Shown: piece after piece, positions 9,915 through 17,697 of the stretch
Layout: each line of letters starts with the position of its first letter
Position numbering within the stretch: position 1 is the stretch's first letter
Source of the DNA: Candidatus Sulfopaludibacter sp. SbA3
Lineage (GTDB): Bacteria; Acidobacteriota; Terriglobia; 20CM-2-55-15
Reading direction: 5' to 3'
NCBI GenBank assembly: GCA_945865815.1
Contig: CAMBFR010000002.1
Coordinates: 30,308 to 94,307 of the forward strand
DNA length: 64,000 nt
The notes under the pieces: model-generated
What the model was told of the DNA's origin: nothing
Seen by the model: the letters and a program-made list of their open reading frames with translations, nothing else
The model's database searches: none
Translations under genes and position numbers: made by a program

Positions 9915-11200
9915 GAATTGGGCTTCAGGCGTAATTTTGTTTTTGATTTCTGATTTGCCAGGAACTGCTCCTGCAGGTGCTGGTTGATTCGAACGATTTC
10001 AGGGTTCAAGTCAAGATACGTGATGACATCACGCAGGGTGAAGTCCTGAGCCCCGTGCTCCTGAAAATGCCCCACTATCTTCTCAAAGAACCGGAAATCA
10101 TCTGGGTAATCCAGGGTCATACGGATTTCCGGACGCTTGAATATGTCTGCAACATTTTGAAGCTTCTCGGTTCGGAATCGCCCGCTGTCTGTAAAGTAGA
10201 CCCACATCATTTCGGTATCGTCCGTATCCTTAATACGACAGACGATTTCAAGAGCGGACGTCTTAACCCCGTAAGTGAACGACCCCACCGCAAGCCCTTC
10301 GGATTCGATAAAATCCGCGCCAGACGAGCGGTATTGAGCAAAAGCAAGGTCAATCAACTCCGGTTCGCAGAACGGATCGTCCCCATCTGCGGTTACGAAA
10401 AACTCGACGCTGAATTGCTCCGCTGCACCGCGCCAGCGCTCAAGTTTGTCTTGCTCGCTGCCGCGAAAACATTCGATGCCCTCTGCTCTGGCAATGTCGC
10501 AGAGGACGCCATCTTCCTGATTCGTTGTCGTGCACAGAACGATAGTATCAGCGAGCCTGCTCTTTTTCAGGCGACGGATAAGGAACTCGATTACCGACTG
10601 TCCATTAAGGTCAAGGAAGCACTTGCGGGGTAGCCGAGTGGAACCAGTGCGAACGGTTACGAAAATGGCGGTCCGTTTCTTATTCGTCGCACCGTATTCA
10701 AGGCCCAGCAGTTCAGCGGCAATTTCCCGCACAACTCCGCCCCCTCCGGGCACGGATAGGATTACTTCGGATATAGAGCGCACCGCAGCATGTGCGTCCG
10801 CCGGGCAGATCGCATGACCGGCAGCCTTCATTGCCTGTAGATCATTAAGGTCGTTTCCCACATACCAAGTGGAATTTATGGGCACCTTTAACCGGTGGCA
10901 CGAATCCTCCAGGGCTTTACGCTTGTCTCCTGCCCCCTGCACACACTCGACCCCCAGCTTCTTGCAACGTTCGGAAACAACGGGATTCTTCTCGGTCGAA
11001 AGCACCAGGCATTGTATTCCGGCTTGCTGAAGCATTTCGAAACCTAGCCCGTCGGCGCGGTTGCAGGTGACGGCCTCCATGCCGTTCTCCATCACAAGCA
11101 CCCGGTTGTCTGTTAGCACCCCATCGAAATCGAACACCAGTAGTTGGGGGCGGTCCGGGATTCGGTTCCTACCGGCTGACTTGGTTGCCTGTTCACTCAT
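9911..11200 (-). CDS. fusion protein: KdsC-like HAD phosphatase (N-term) + acylneuraminate/3-deoxy-ulosonate cytidylyltransferase (C-term)
   Basis: N-term LLVFDFDGVLTDNRVLV...GNDLNDLQAMKAAG (HAD motifs I and IV, KdsC/Kdn-9-P phosphatase type). C-term AIFVTVRTGSTRLPRKCFLDLNGQSVIEF (SpsF/NeuA-type cytidylyltransferase). ATGA overlap with the upstream gene. Confidence 0.7.
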   Translation of the reverse strand: MSEQATKSAGRNRIPDRPQLLVFDFDGVLTDNRVLVMENGMEAVTCNRADGLGFEMLQQAGIQCLVLSTEKNPVVSERCKKLGVECVQGAGDKRKALEDSCHRLKVPINSTWYVGNDLNDLQAMKAAGHAICPADAHAAVRSISEVILSVPGGGGVVREIAAELLGLEYGATNKKRTAIFVTVRTGSTRLPRKCFLDLNGQSVIEFLIRRLKKSRLADTIVLCTTTNQEDGVLCDIARAEGIECFRGSEQDKLERWRGAAEQFSVEFFVTADGDDPFCEPELIDLAFAQYRSSGADFIESEGLAVGSFTYGVKTSALEIVCRIKDTDDTEMMWVYFTDSGRFRTEKLQNVADIFKRPEIRMTLDYPDDFRFFEKIVGHFQEHGAQDFTLRDVITYLDLNPEIVRINQHLQEQFLANQKSKTKLRLKPNS

Positions 11201-11365
11201 TCAATTGTTTAGTCCTCAAGAGTTATCCCGACTTTTGGTTTCGAGAAAGGGACAATTTGACGATGCCATCGACGCAGGGCATTGACAACGGAGGCGCCTT
11301 CTTCAGCGGAGGAGACCAGTACGACTGCCACGACCAGGCCGGGGTCAACGACGACTACAATCCGC

Positions 11366-12466
11366 TTACCCTGGAACCACCTGCCGACTCCTGGATTCGT
11401 CCAAATAGCTGTGCAGCTTGACCTGATCACACCGCTCGGCACACTTGTGACCTGCAGGAAATGTGCCGGTGATATGCATACGCCGAAACTCTTTATACTT
11501 TTCACCGTTCCAGATGTCTTCCAAGGACATGTCTTTAATGTTTCCGAACGAAAGTTCGGCGTCATAGTCCTGAGTACAAGGCACCACATCTCCGTTAGCC
11601 ATCACTGTCAAAGAGGTCCATGGGAATTCACAGTACTGCTGTGCATAGTGCGACCTGTTTTCCAGGGCTTCATCTTCCTCGTGATACCAGCGGTTATCCT
11701 GACTCTTCACATAGGCGAATACATCTTTACCTTGCCAGAGATCGAGAAAATCCATGTGCATCTGGCGCGAAATGTCGTCAACTCTGAGCTCGATCATGGT
11801 AGGCGCAATAATGGTCTTATAGCCCTTGGCTGCTTTCATGTCGATGACATCTAGTATCGTCTTAAAGGCTTGCTCAAAATTGGCATGCTTTCCTCGAATC
11901 TGCTTGATGGCCTCATCGTCAAGCGCATCAATGGAGAATTTCAACACGCCAAGGCCCGCATGCATGAGTCGTTCAGCCTTCTCAACAGTAATGTTTGCGG
12001 GTACGCAGGAAAAATAGGTGGGGATACCCAGGTCTGTACAGGCCTGCACTCGGTCGAAAATATTCTTGTCCACCAGAGGCTCACCATAACCATGCAAGAT
12101 CAAATGCTTGGCAACTATATGAAAATAGAAGGCATTCTCTGAGCGCTGCTCAAAGGTAATTCCATAGGACCCTTTGACGAATTCCCAAAAACTTTCAAGC
12201 TTTTTGTCGTCATGAACCTGCGATTGACTAATTATTCTCGAAAATTCCTGACTTTCCAGCGTGGTGATCGACCTCTTCATCAAACTGGTACGCGGGCACA
12301 TCACGCACGTCATGTTGCAGGCGTTCGTGGTTTCCACATTGAAAATGTACGGCTTGGTGTTGCGCAGGGCCTCCATTTCCCTTTCCACCTCTTCAAAGCT
12401 CACATCATTATTAAGAATGCGCTCCTTCAGGTGATGCGTCGCCATGAAAAAATCAATGTCAAACAT
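11366..12466 (-). CDS. radical SAM protein with Cys-rich C-terminal (SPASM-like) region
   Basis: ETTNACNMTCVMCPRT (CxxxCxxC). The C-terminal VVPCTQDYDAELSFGNIKDMSLEDIW...HKCAERCDQ contains additional Cys clusters consistent with an auxiliary Fe-S (SPASM/twitch) domain. Confidence 0.7.
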   Translation of the reverse strand: MFDIDFFMATHHLKERILNNDVSFEEVEREMEALRNTKPYIFNVETTNACNMTCVMCPRTSLMKRSITTLESQEFSRIISQSQVHDDKKLESFWEFVKGSYGITFEQRSENAFYFHIVAKHLILHGYGEPLVDKNIFDRVQACTDLGIPTYFSCVPANITVEKAERLMHAGLGVLKFSIDALDDEAIKQIRGKHANFEQAFKTILDVIDMKAAKGYKTIIAPTMIELRVDDISRQMHMDFLDLWQGKDVFAYVKSQDNRWYHEEDEALENRSHYAQQYCEFPWTSLTVMANGDVVPCTQDYDAELSFGNIKDMSLEDIWNGEKYKEFRRMHITGTFPAGHKCAERCDQVKLHSYLDESRSRQVVPG

Positions 12467-12623
12467 AATTGGAGTCTACTTTGTTTACGATTTCGGCCAA
12501 AGAACATAAGTGGCCAAGAGCCCTTTACGGACCTGGCGCTTTCCGAACTCTTGTCGACACCACGCGGCGAGATCGCGCCTTATGGGGCGACAGCGATTTG
12601 CATTCGGATCAATGATCACTGTA

Positions 12624-12641
12624 TGACATCCATGGATGTCA
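12624..12641. promoter_or_regulatory. perfect 18-bp palindrome TGACATCCATGGATGTCA in the 450-bp divergent intergenic region; candidate dimeric transcription-factor operator
   Basis: Verified base by base: positions 12624..12641 are self-complementary. Located between divergently transcribed radical SAM genes (starts at 12466 and 12918). Confidence 0.35.
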
Positions 12642-12917
12642 GTTTCGATGAGAGTCCACCTCGGTTCCTCTCATTTGGTTTCGCTTGCCGGGTGGAAAAG
12701 GTTATGGGAAAGACTGGCCGGAGCGGCCTTGGAAGACTCTTCGAGTTTTCGGCTTTCCCAGAACCTCGACGACAGAGGATAATTCAACCGAATCCTCGCT
12801 CATTGTTTAGGCAACCGAAGTTTTATTTGTGAGCAATCAGGGGGAATTGACTGGATTGAAGAAAGTAGCAGCTTTGAAACCGATATCTCAAGACCGCACA
12901 CGCTCGGGAGGTTCCAC

Positions 12918-14945
12918 TTGAAAACGAGGGTCTACCTCGCTGACTTAACACACACTCGAAACGGCATAATGGCTTTGACCTTTCCTATCGGCACAGCGTT
13001 CGTAGCCGCTTATGCGAAACATGTATTAGGCGACGATTTTGAATTCCACCTCTTCAAATTTCCTGAACGTTTGAGTCAGGCAATCAGTGAAAAGCCTCCA
13101 CGCGTGCTGGCACTGTCCAATTATTCCTGGAACCTGGAACTCGGCTACAAAATAAGCGCCTGGGCCAAGCGGCAAGATCCCAAGCTCATCGTCATTTTCG
13201 GGGGTCCTAACTTTCCTGTTTCGACTGATGAAAAGGCGAAATTCCTTCGGCGAAGATCGGCCATAGATGTCTATGTGGAAAACGAGGGTGAAGTGGGATT
13301 TGCCGATTTGCTCACCAACCTGGAGAATTACAATTTCGACATCGCCGCCTTTAAACGCTCCCACCAGGCGGTTGGGAACTGCACGTATCTTGACGGCAAT
13401 CAAGTAATCCAAGGCGGAATAGATCGAATTCGAGACGTCAACGCCATCCCCTCCCCTTATCTGACCGGAATTTTGGATGAATTCTTTGAATTCCCTTTGA
13501 CTCCCATGATCGAAACGACCCGGGGCTGCCCCTTCAGTTGCTCGTTTTGCGCCGATGGCCTTCCTTCAAAGAGCAAAGTAACCGCCTTTCACCACGATAG
13601 AGTTCGGGAGGAACTGAATTACATTGCCGAGCGCATCAAGAATAGTAATGAGCTTCTGATTACCGACCTGAATTTCGGGATGTATAAACAAGATTTGGAA
13701 ACGGCTCAATTCATTGCGGATATTCAAAGCAAGTTCAACTGGCCTGTGCTCATCAAGGCATCCGCAGGAAAAAATCTACCCGAACGGATCATTGAAGCCG
13801 CATCCCTTCTCAAGGGGTCGTGGGTAATCGGATCCGCAATCCAGTCTTCAGACCAGGAAGTCCTGAAGAATATCAAGCGCGCCAACATATCCGTGGACGC
13901 ATATAGAGACTTCCTGAAACTGATGAACAACCTGGACAAGAAAGCCTCGACTTTCAGCGAGATAATACTGGCGTTACCCGGGGATTCGAAGAAAAAGCAC
14001 TTCGAGTCTCTGCGATACGCGATCGACAGCGGCGTGAACCTCGTGAAGTCGTATCAGGCGATGTTGCTCATGGGAACGGACATGGCATCCCAGGCAACCC
14101 GTGTTCAGTTTGGACTCATGACTAAATTCAGAATCATGGCTGGCGGTGTCGGGGTCTATCAGTTTGGCGAAGAAGAAATTCGGGTGGCAGAAATCCAGGA
14201 GATTATTGTCGGCAGTAAGGACATGTCTTTTGAAGATTACGTGTCCTGCCGCATCATGAGCCTTATCATTGAGACGTATTACAACAACGCCCCGTTCGGG
14301 GAGATTCTTGCCGCCATGAAGGTTATGGGGCTACCGGTGTTCGATTTCCTGGTCTATCTTAACGAGCACGAGGAGTTGTATACGCCAAGAATCAAAGAAA
14401 TAGTCAAGAGGTTCGTTGATGGCACGACCAGCAACTTATACGATTCTCACGAAGAAGCGGAGTCGCTGGGCCTGAGCCCGGACCTGTTTGACCGGTATCT
14501 CTCTGGTGATCTGGGCTTCAACGAAGCGCTGGAATGTAAAGCACTCCTCTATTTTGAGATGGAGCAGACTCTGGCTGTGCTGCTGACCGCTTTAAAAATG
14601 TATCTCGCAGAGAAGGATTTGCTGACTGAAACCATCCAGGACTATTTTGATCAGCTCGGTGATTTTATTCTGTGCAAGAAGAAAGAGATCAACGAGACAG
14701 AGTTGGTTATAGAAAGACTCTTCAATTATGATTTCGGGGCAATCGATGCTCTGAATTATCAAGTCGATCCCCGAAGTATCCAACGAGCAAGCGAGGGCAT
14801 TCGCTTCACGTTCTTCCACGACCAAGAGCAAAAAAATTACATTAACCAGTCCCTCAGCCTCTATAAGAACCATCCCGGTGGAATCAGCAGGGCGCTTTAC
14901 GTGCAGAATCTGAAAAAGATGTACAGGACTTTTCAGCGCCTGTGA
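12918..14945 (+). CDS. B12-binding domain radical SAM protein with extended C-terminal domain (675 aa, TTG start)
   Basis: B12-binding region (LIVIFGGPNFP...YVENEGEVGFADLL). Radical SAM core ETTRGCPFSCSFCADG. GGGAGG SD 6 nt upstream of the TTG at 12918. Confidence 0.85.
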   Translation: MKTRVYLADLTHTRNGIMALTFPIGTAFVAAYAKHVLGDDFEFHLFKFPERLSQAISEKPPRVLALSNYSWNLELGYKISAWAKRQDPKLIVIFGGPNFPVSTDEKAKFLRRRSAIDVYVENEGEVGFADLLTNLENYNFDIAAFKRSHQAVGNCTYLDGNQVIQGGIDRIRDVNAIPSPYLTGILDEFFEFPLTPMIETTRGCPFSCSFCADGLPSKSKVTAFHHDRVREELNYIAERIKNSNELLITDLNFGMYKQDLETAQFIADIQSKFNWPVLIKASAGKNLPERIIEAASLLKGSWVIGSAIQSSDQEVLKNIKRANISVDAYRDFLKLMNNLDKKASTFSEIILALPGDSKKKHFESLRYAIDSGVNLVKSYQAMLLMGTDMASQATRVQFGLMTKFRIMAGGVGVYQFGEEEIRVAEIQEIIVGSKDMSFEDYVSCRIMSLIIETYYNNAPFGEILAAMKVMGLPVFDFLVYLNEHEELYTPRIKEIVKRFVDGTTSNLYDSHEEAESLGLSPDLFDRYLSGDLGFNEALECKALLYFEMEQTLAVLLTALKMYLAEKDLLTETIQDYFDQLGDFILCKKKEINETELVIERLFNYDFGAIDALNYQVDPRSIQRASEGIRFTFFHDQEQKNYINQSLSLYKNHPGGISRALYVQNLKKMYRTFQRL

Positions 14946-15325
14946 ATACTGTCGGGGATATTCTCTACCCTCTCAGCTTGATTTCGGTGGCTCAAACCTT
15001 CCCGAAGCGCAATCTCCTGAACAGTCTTCATCAGTTTCTGTTCAATGCGTTCGAGTTTCACGTACATGCGATACATGACAAAGAACACAAATACGATAGC
15101 CATTCCGAAAAACGTTCCCAAGCCGGCTCTACCTCCCCCAAACGCATTAATCAGGATGTCAATCAGCGCCGGAAACACAGCAACGACAACGATGGCTATC
15201 CAGGTGGCGGTCCAAAATACGAACATTTGCAGGGATTCAAGACGAGAACGGAAGTCCACATAGCTCTTGGAAATTGCGATCACGGCGAGCAGCACGGAGA
15301 ATATCTGCGAAATGAAGACAAACAT
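14933..15325 (-). CDS. DUF2304-like small membrane protein (GT2-associated)
   Basis: 130 aa with three predicted TM helices followed by a charged coiled tail (MYRMYVKLERIEQKLMKTVQEIALREG). Start abuts the stop of the upstream GT2 (15325 vs 15327). This architecture typically accompanies polyprenyl-phosphate GT2 genes. Confidence 0.5.
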   Translation of the reverse strand: MFVFISQIFSVLLAVIAISKSYVDFRSRLESLQMFVFWTATWIAIVVVAVFPALIDILINAFGGGRAGLGTFFGMAIVFVFFVMYRMYVKLERIEQKLMKTVQEIALREGLSHRNQAERVENIPDSIHRR

Positions 15326-15326
15326 T

Positions 15327-16058
15327 TCAGGTTCGCCGCATCAATCGCATCAATAAGCCGAGAATCAGATTGACTCCGTTCAGGAAATGCTGGCCCTTGG
15401 CGCGCGAGTAATCCGTGTAGACAGGTTTGACGGGAACTGATTTGTAGCAGAGATTCTTTCTGTAGATTTCTCCGACAATCTCAGAACATATCTCGTAGCC
15501 CGCCGATTCAAGTTCCAGTCTTTCAACGGCGCTGCTCGTGAAGACCTTGAAGCCGGATTGGGAATCGGAAACGATCTTGCCGTAAACTAGGTAAGTCAAC
15601 GCGTTGAGAAGCAAGTTGGCGGCTATCCTCGTTAATGGCATACCGGCCGGCTCGAGAATCCGGCTGCCGATGACTACGTCGAAATGCCCTTCATTCAGGC
15701 ACCGAACCAGTGGCTCGATCTCTGCGGGATTGTGCTGGCCATCCGAATCCATAGTTACGATGACATCCGCTTCAAGCGCACGCGCAGCCTTCAACCCTGT
15801 AATGGTAGCTGCTCCCGCGCCGAGATTAACAATGTGCCGGATAACCACAGCGCCATGACGCCGGGCTATTTCGCCGGTCGCGTCTGCGGAGCCATCGTCG
15901 ACAACGATGCTGAAAACGGACATCCCCTCGATGTTGGCAGGAATTAATGCCAGAACCTGTCCAATGACGGCAGCCTCGTTGCAGGCCGGCATCACAACCG
16001 CAAGAAGGCCGGAACTGATGGGCAGGTCCGCTTTTTCCGTGGACTCAAGGTTAATCAC
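15327..16058 (-). CDS. GT2 family glycosyltransferase (polyprenyl-phosphate sugar synthase, DPM1/GtrB-like, soluble form)
   Basis: LAVVMPACNEAAVIGQVL, IVVDDGSADATGEIA and MDSDGQH (DxD region) typical of GT-A dolichyl/undecaprenyl-phosphate glycosyltransferases; 243 aa. Confidence 0.8.
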   Translation of the reverse strand: MINLESTEKADLPISSGLLAVVMPACNEAAVIGQVLALIPANIEGMSVFSIVVDDGSADATGEIARRHGAVVIRHIVNLGAGAATITGLKAARALEADVIVTMDSDGQHNPAEIEPLVRCLNEGHFDVVIGSRILEPAGMPLTRIAANLLLNALTYLVYGKIVSDSQSGFKVFTSSAVERLELESAGYEICSEIVGEIYRKNLCYKSVPVKPVYTDYSRAKGQHFLNGVNLILGLLMRLMRRT

Positions 16059-16168
16059 AAACGTATCCCTCGGATGAGCCTACAATCTGATACATATGCC
16101 AGCATCCAAATTCTATGCGCCAATTCTAGAACGAATTGCTGTGCTAGCGAACGAAATGAGCGTTTAAG

Positions 16169-17647
16169 TTAGGGCGATATGCTCTCAGACTCACTCGCCG
16201 TCCTTCCCAACCTCAGGTAAGCGTAGAAGCCAACCAGGGCTACGAACAGAATCAGCGAAAGCATATACGCTGCTTTCACCGTGTCCTGGTACGACTCATC
16301 ATTTGCCATTGTAAGCAACTGGGGACACAGGGCAAACAGTGGCAGGTTATTCGAATTCCCGGTCCAGTACGTACCGGTAGTTGGAAGCGCCCAGAGCCAT
16401 GAGTTCCGAACGAGCATGGCGAAAAGACCCAGCAATAGAACCCATTTGACAGCCACACGAAGGCTTGCGTTTCCGATTCCTTCGAAGACCTGATCAAATC
16501 CAGAGGCAGCGAGCAATACGAGATATAGGATAAGGAATATCATCATGCGGGCCGGATATTGATCCAATGCCGAAATAGGGATCACATACTGGAGAAGTAG
16601 CCAGGCCACCTGGAGGACGGACGCGAGGAGACAAACAAGGATAACCAGCATTGCACAGACAAATGGTTTTGCCCTTAACGGATTAGGCGTTTGTGTTCCA
16701 CTCCACGCTGGATAAGCAATGGCTACGGCAATGAGGGCGAGCCCGAGCCAGCCAAGATATGCTGTGCGCTCCCACTCAATACCATCTGCGATAACCGGGT
16801 ACGGAACCAATAATGATTGAAACAACTGGGGGATAATTGTGAATGGATAAGTAAAGCTACCGAAGCCGCTGGATATCAGACGTCCGCTTTCGGCATACCC
16901 GCTGTAGAAGAGAACCGGGATGAACAGGTACGCAGCCACTGAGAACGCGATTCCGAATCCAAGTCCCACCCATGGAAGCTGGCGACGGTGAAACAGAAAA
17001 ATGCAGGTAGTGCCCAGTAGAATGGGTTGAAGAACGTGAAGGGCACCGAACGAAATAATCAGGACCAATAATCCAGCCCACTCCAGTGTCAGCATCAGCT
17101 TCTGGCGGCGGTTAGCGTGCTCCGACTCCGCAAAGTTTGCCCAAAGCCAAAACACCCAGGGGATAAGGAAATAGCCTCCCAGATCTCCGATATGTCCAAC
17201 ACCAGCCTTGGCGCTGTAAAAGCCGTTAAACACAAAGAGGACTACTGCGAAAGTCGCGGCAGCGACAGAAAGATTCAGCCTGTGAATCCACCTCATAATG
17301 CCCAGGAAACCGATCGAATAAAGCAACACGACGTGCAGGACAATCCACTGAGAAACGCGGAGCCATCCAAGAGCAACGAGGTCTGGTGAAGTGAGTATCC
17401 ACGGTGCAGCCAGAAGACGAAAATTGTTCAGATAACTGCCCCGGACGCTTTCGTCACAAAAGAACGATGCGTGATAAGGAATCTGACCTGTACGAATGGC
17501 TGTCTGGGTGACCGTCAATATTGACTCGTACAGCATCCAGTCAAAAGTGTGCGCATTGCCCCAGTCCAAAAACAGCATCCAGTAGACTGCTCCAAGAATG
17601 TAAATACTCAGAAGCCAGATCCATTTGGAGTCAAGCTGGCGCAGCAC
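16169..17647 (-). CDS. polytopic integral membrane protein, putative GT-C-type glycosyltransferase
   Basis: 492 aa with more than 10 hydrophobic helices and aromatic-rich loops. No soluble-domain motifs. Placed between two polyprenyl-P GT2 genes. Confidence 0.45.
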   Translation of the reverse strand: MLRQLDSKWIWLLSIYILGAVYWMLFLDWGNAHTFDWMLYESILTVTQTAIRTGQIPYHASFFCDESVRGSYLNNFRLLAAPWILTSPDLVALGWLRVSQWIVLHVVLLYSIGFLGIMRWIHRLNLSVAAATFAVVLFVFNGFYSAKAGVGHIGDLGGYFLIPWVFWLWANFAESEHANRRQKLMLTLEWAGLLVLIISFGALHVLQPILLGTTCIFLFHRRQLPWVGLGFGIAFSVAAYLFIPVLFYSGYAESGRLISSGFGSFTYPFTIIPQLFQSLLVPYPVIADGIEWERTAYLGWLGLALIAVAIAYPAWSGTQTPNPLRAKPFVCAMLVILVCLLASVLQVAWLLLQYVIPISALDQYPARMMIFLILYLVLLAASGFDQVFEGIGNASLRVAVKWVLLLGLFAMLVRNSWLWALPTTGTYWTGNSNNLPLFALCPQLLTMANDESYQDTVKAAYMLSLILFVALVGFYAYLRLGRTASESESISP

Positions 17648-17697
17648 GTTGGCGGTTTCAGCGGGACGGATCAGATAGACCTCAAGGGCGCGTCATG

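Noticed and set aside
12212-12832. 206-aa ORF spanning the end of the radical SAM gene and the divergent intergenic region
   Set aside because: Its first half is antisense to the radical SAM coding sequence. It has no motifs and no plausible RBS. Treated as spurious, with the region read as a regulatory intergenic instead.
12918-15325. Impression of locally lower GC content across the third B12-radical SAM and DUF2304 genes, suggesting horizontal acquisition
   Set aside because: Composition cannot be quantified reliably by eye. Codon usage looked broadly similar to neighbours. Not claimed.
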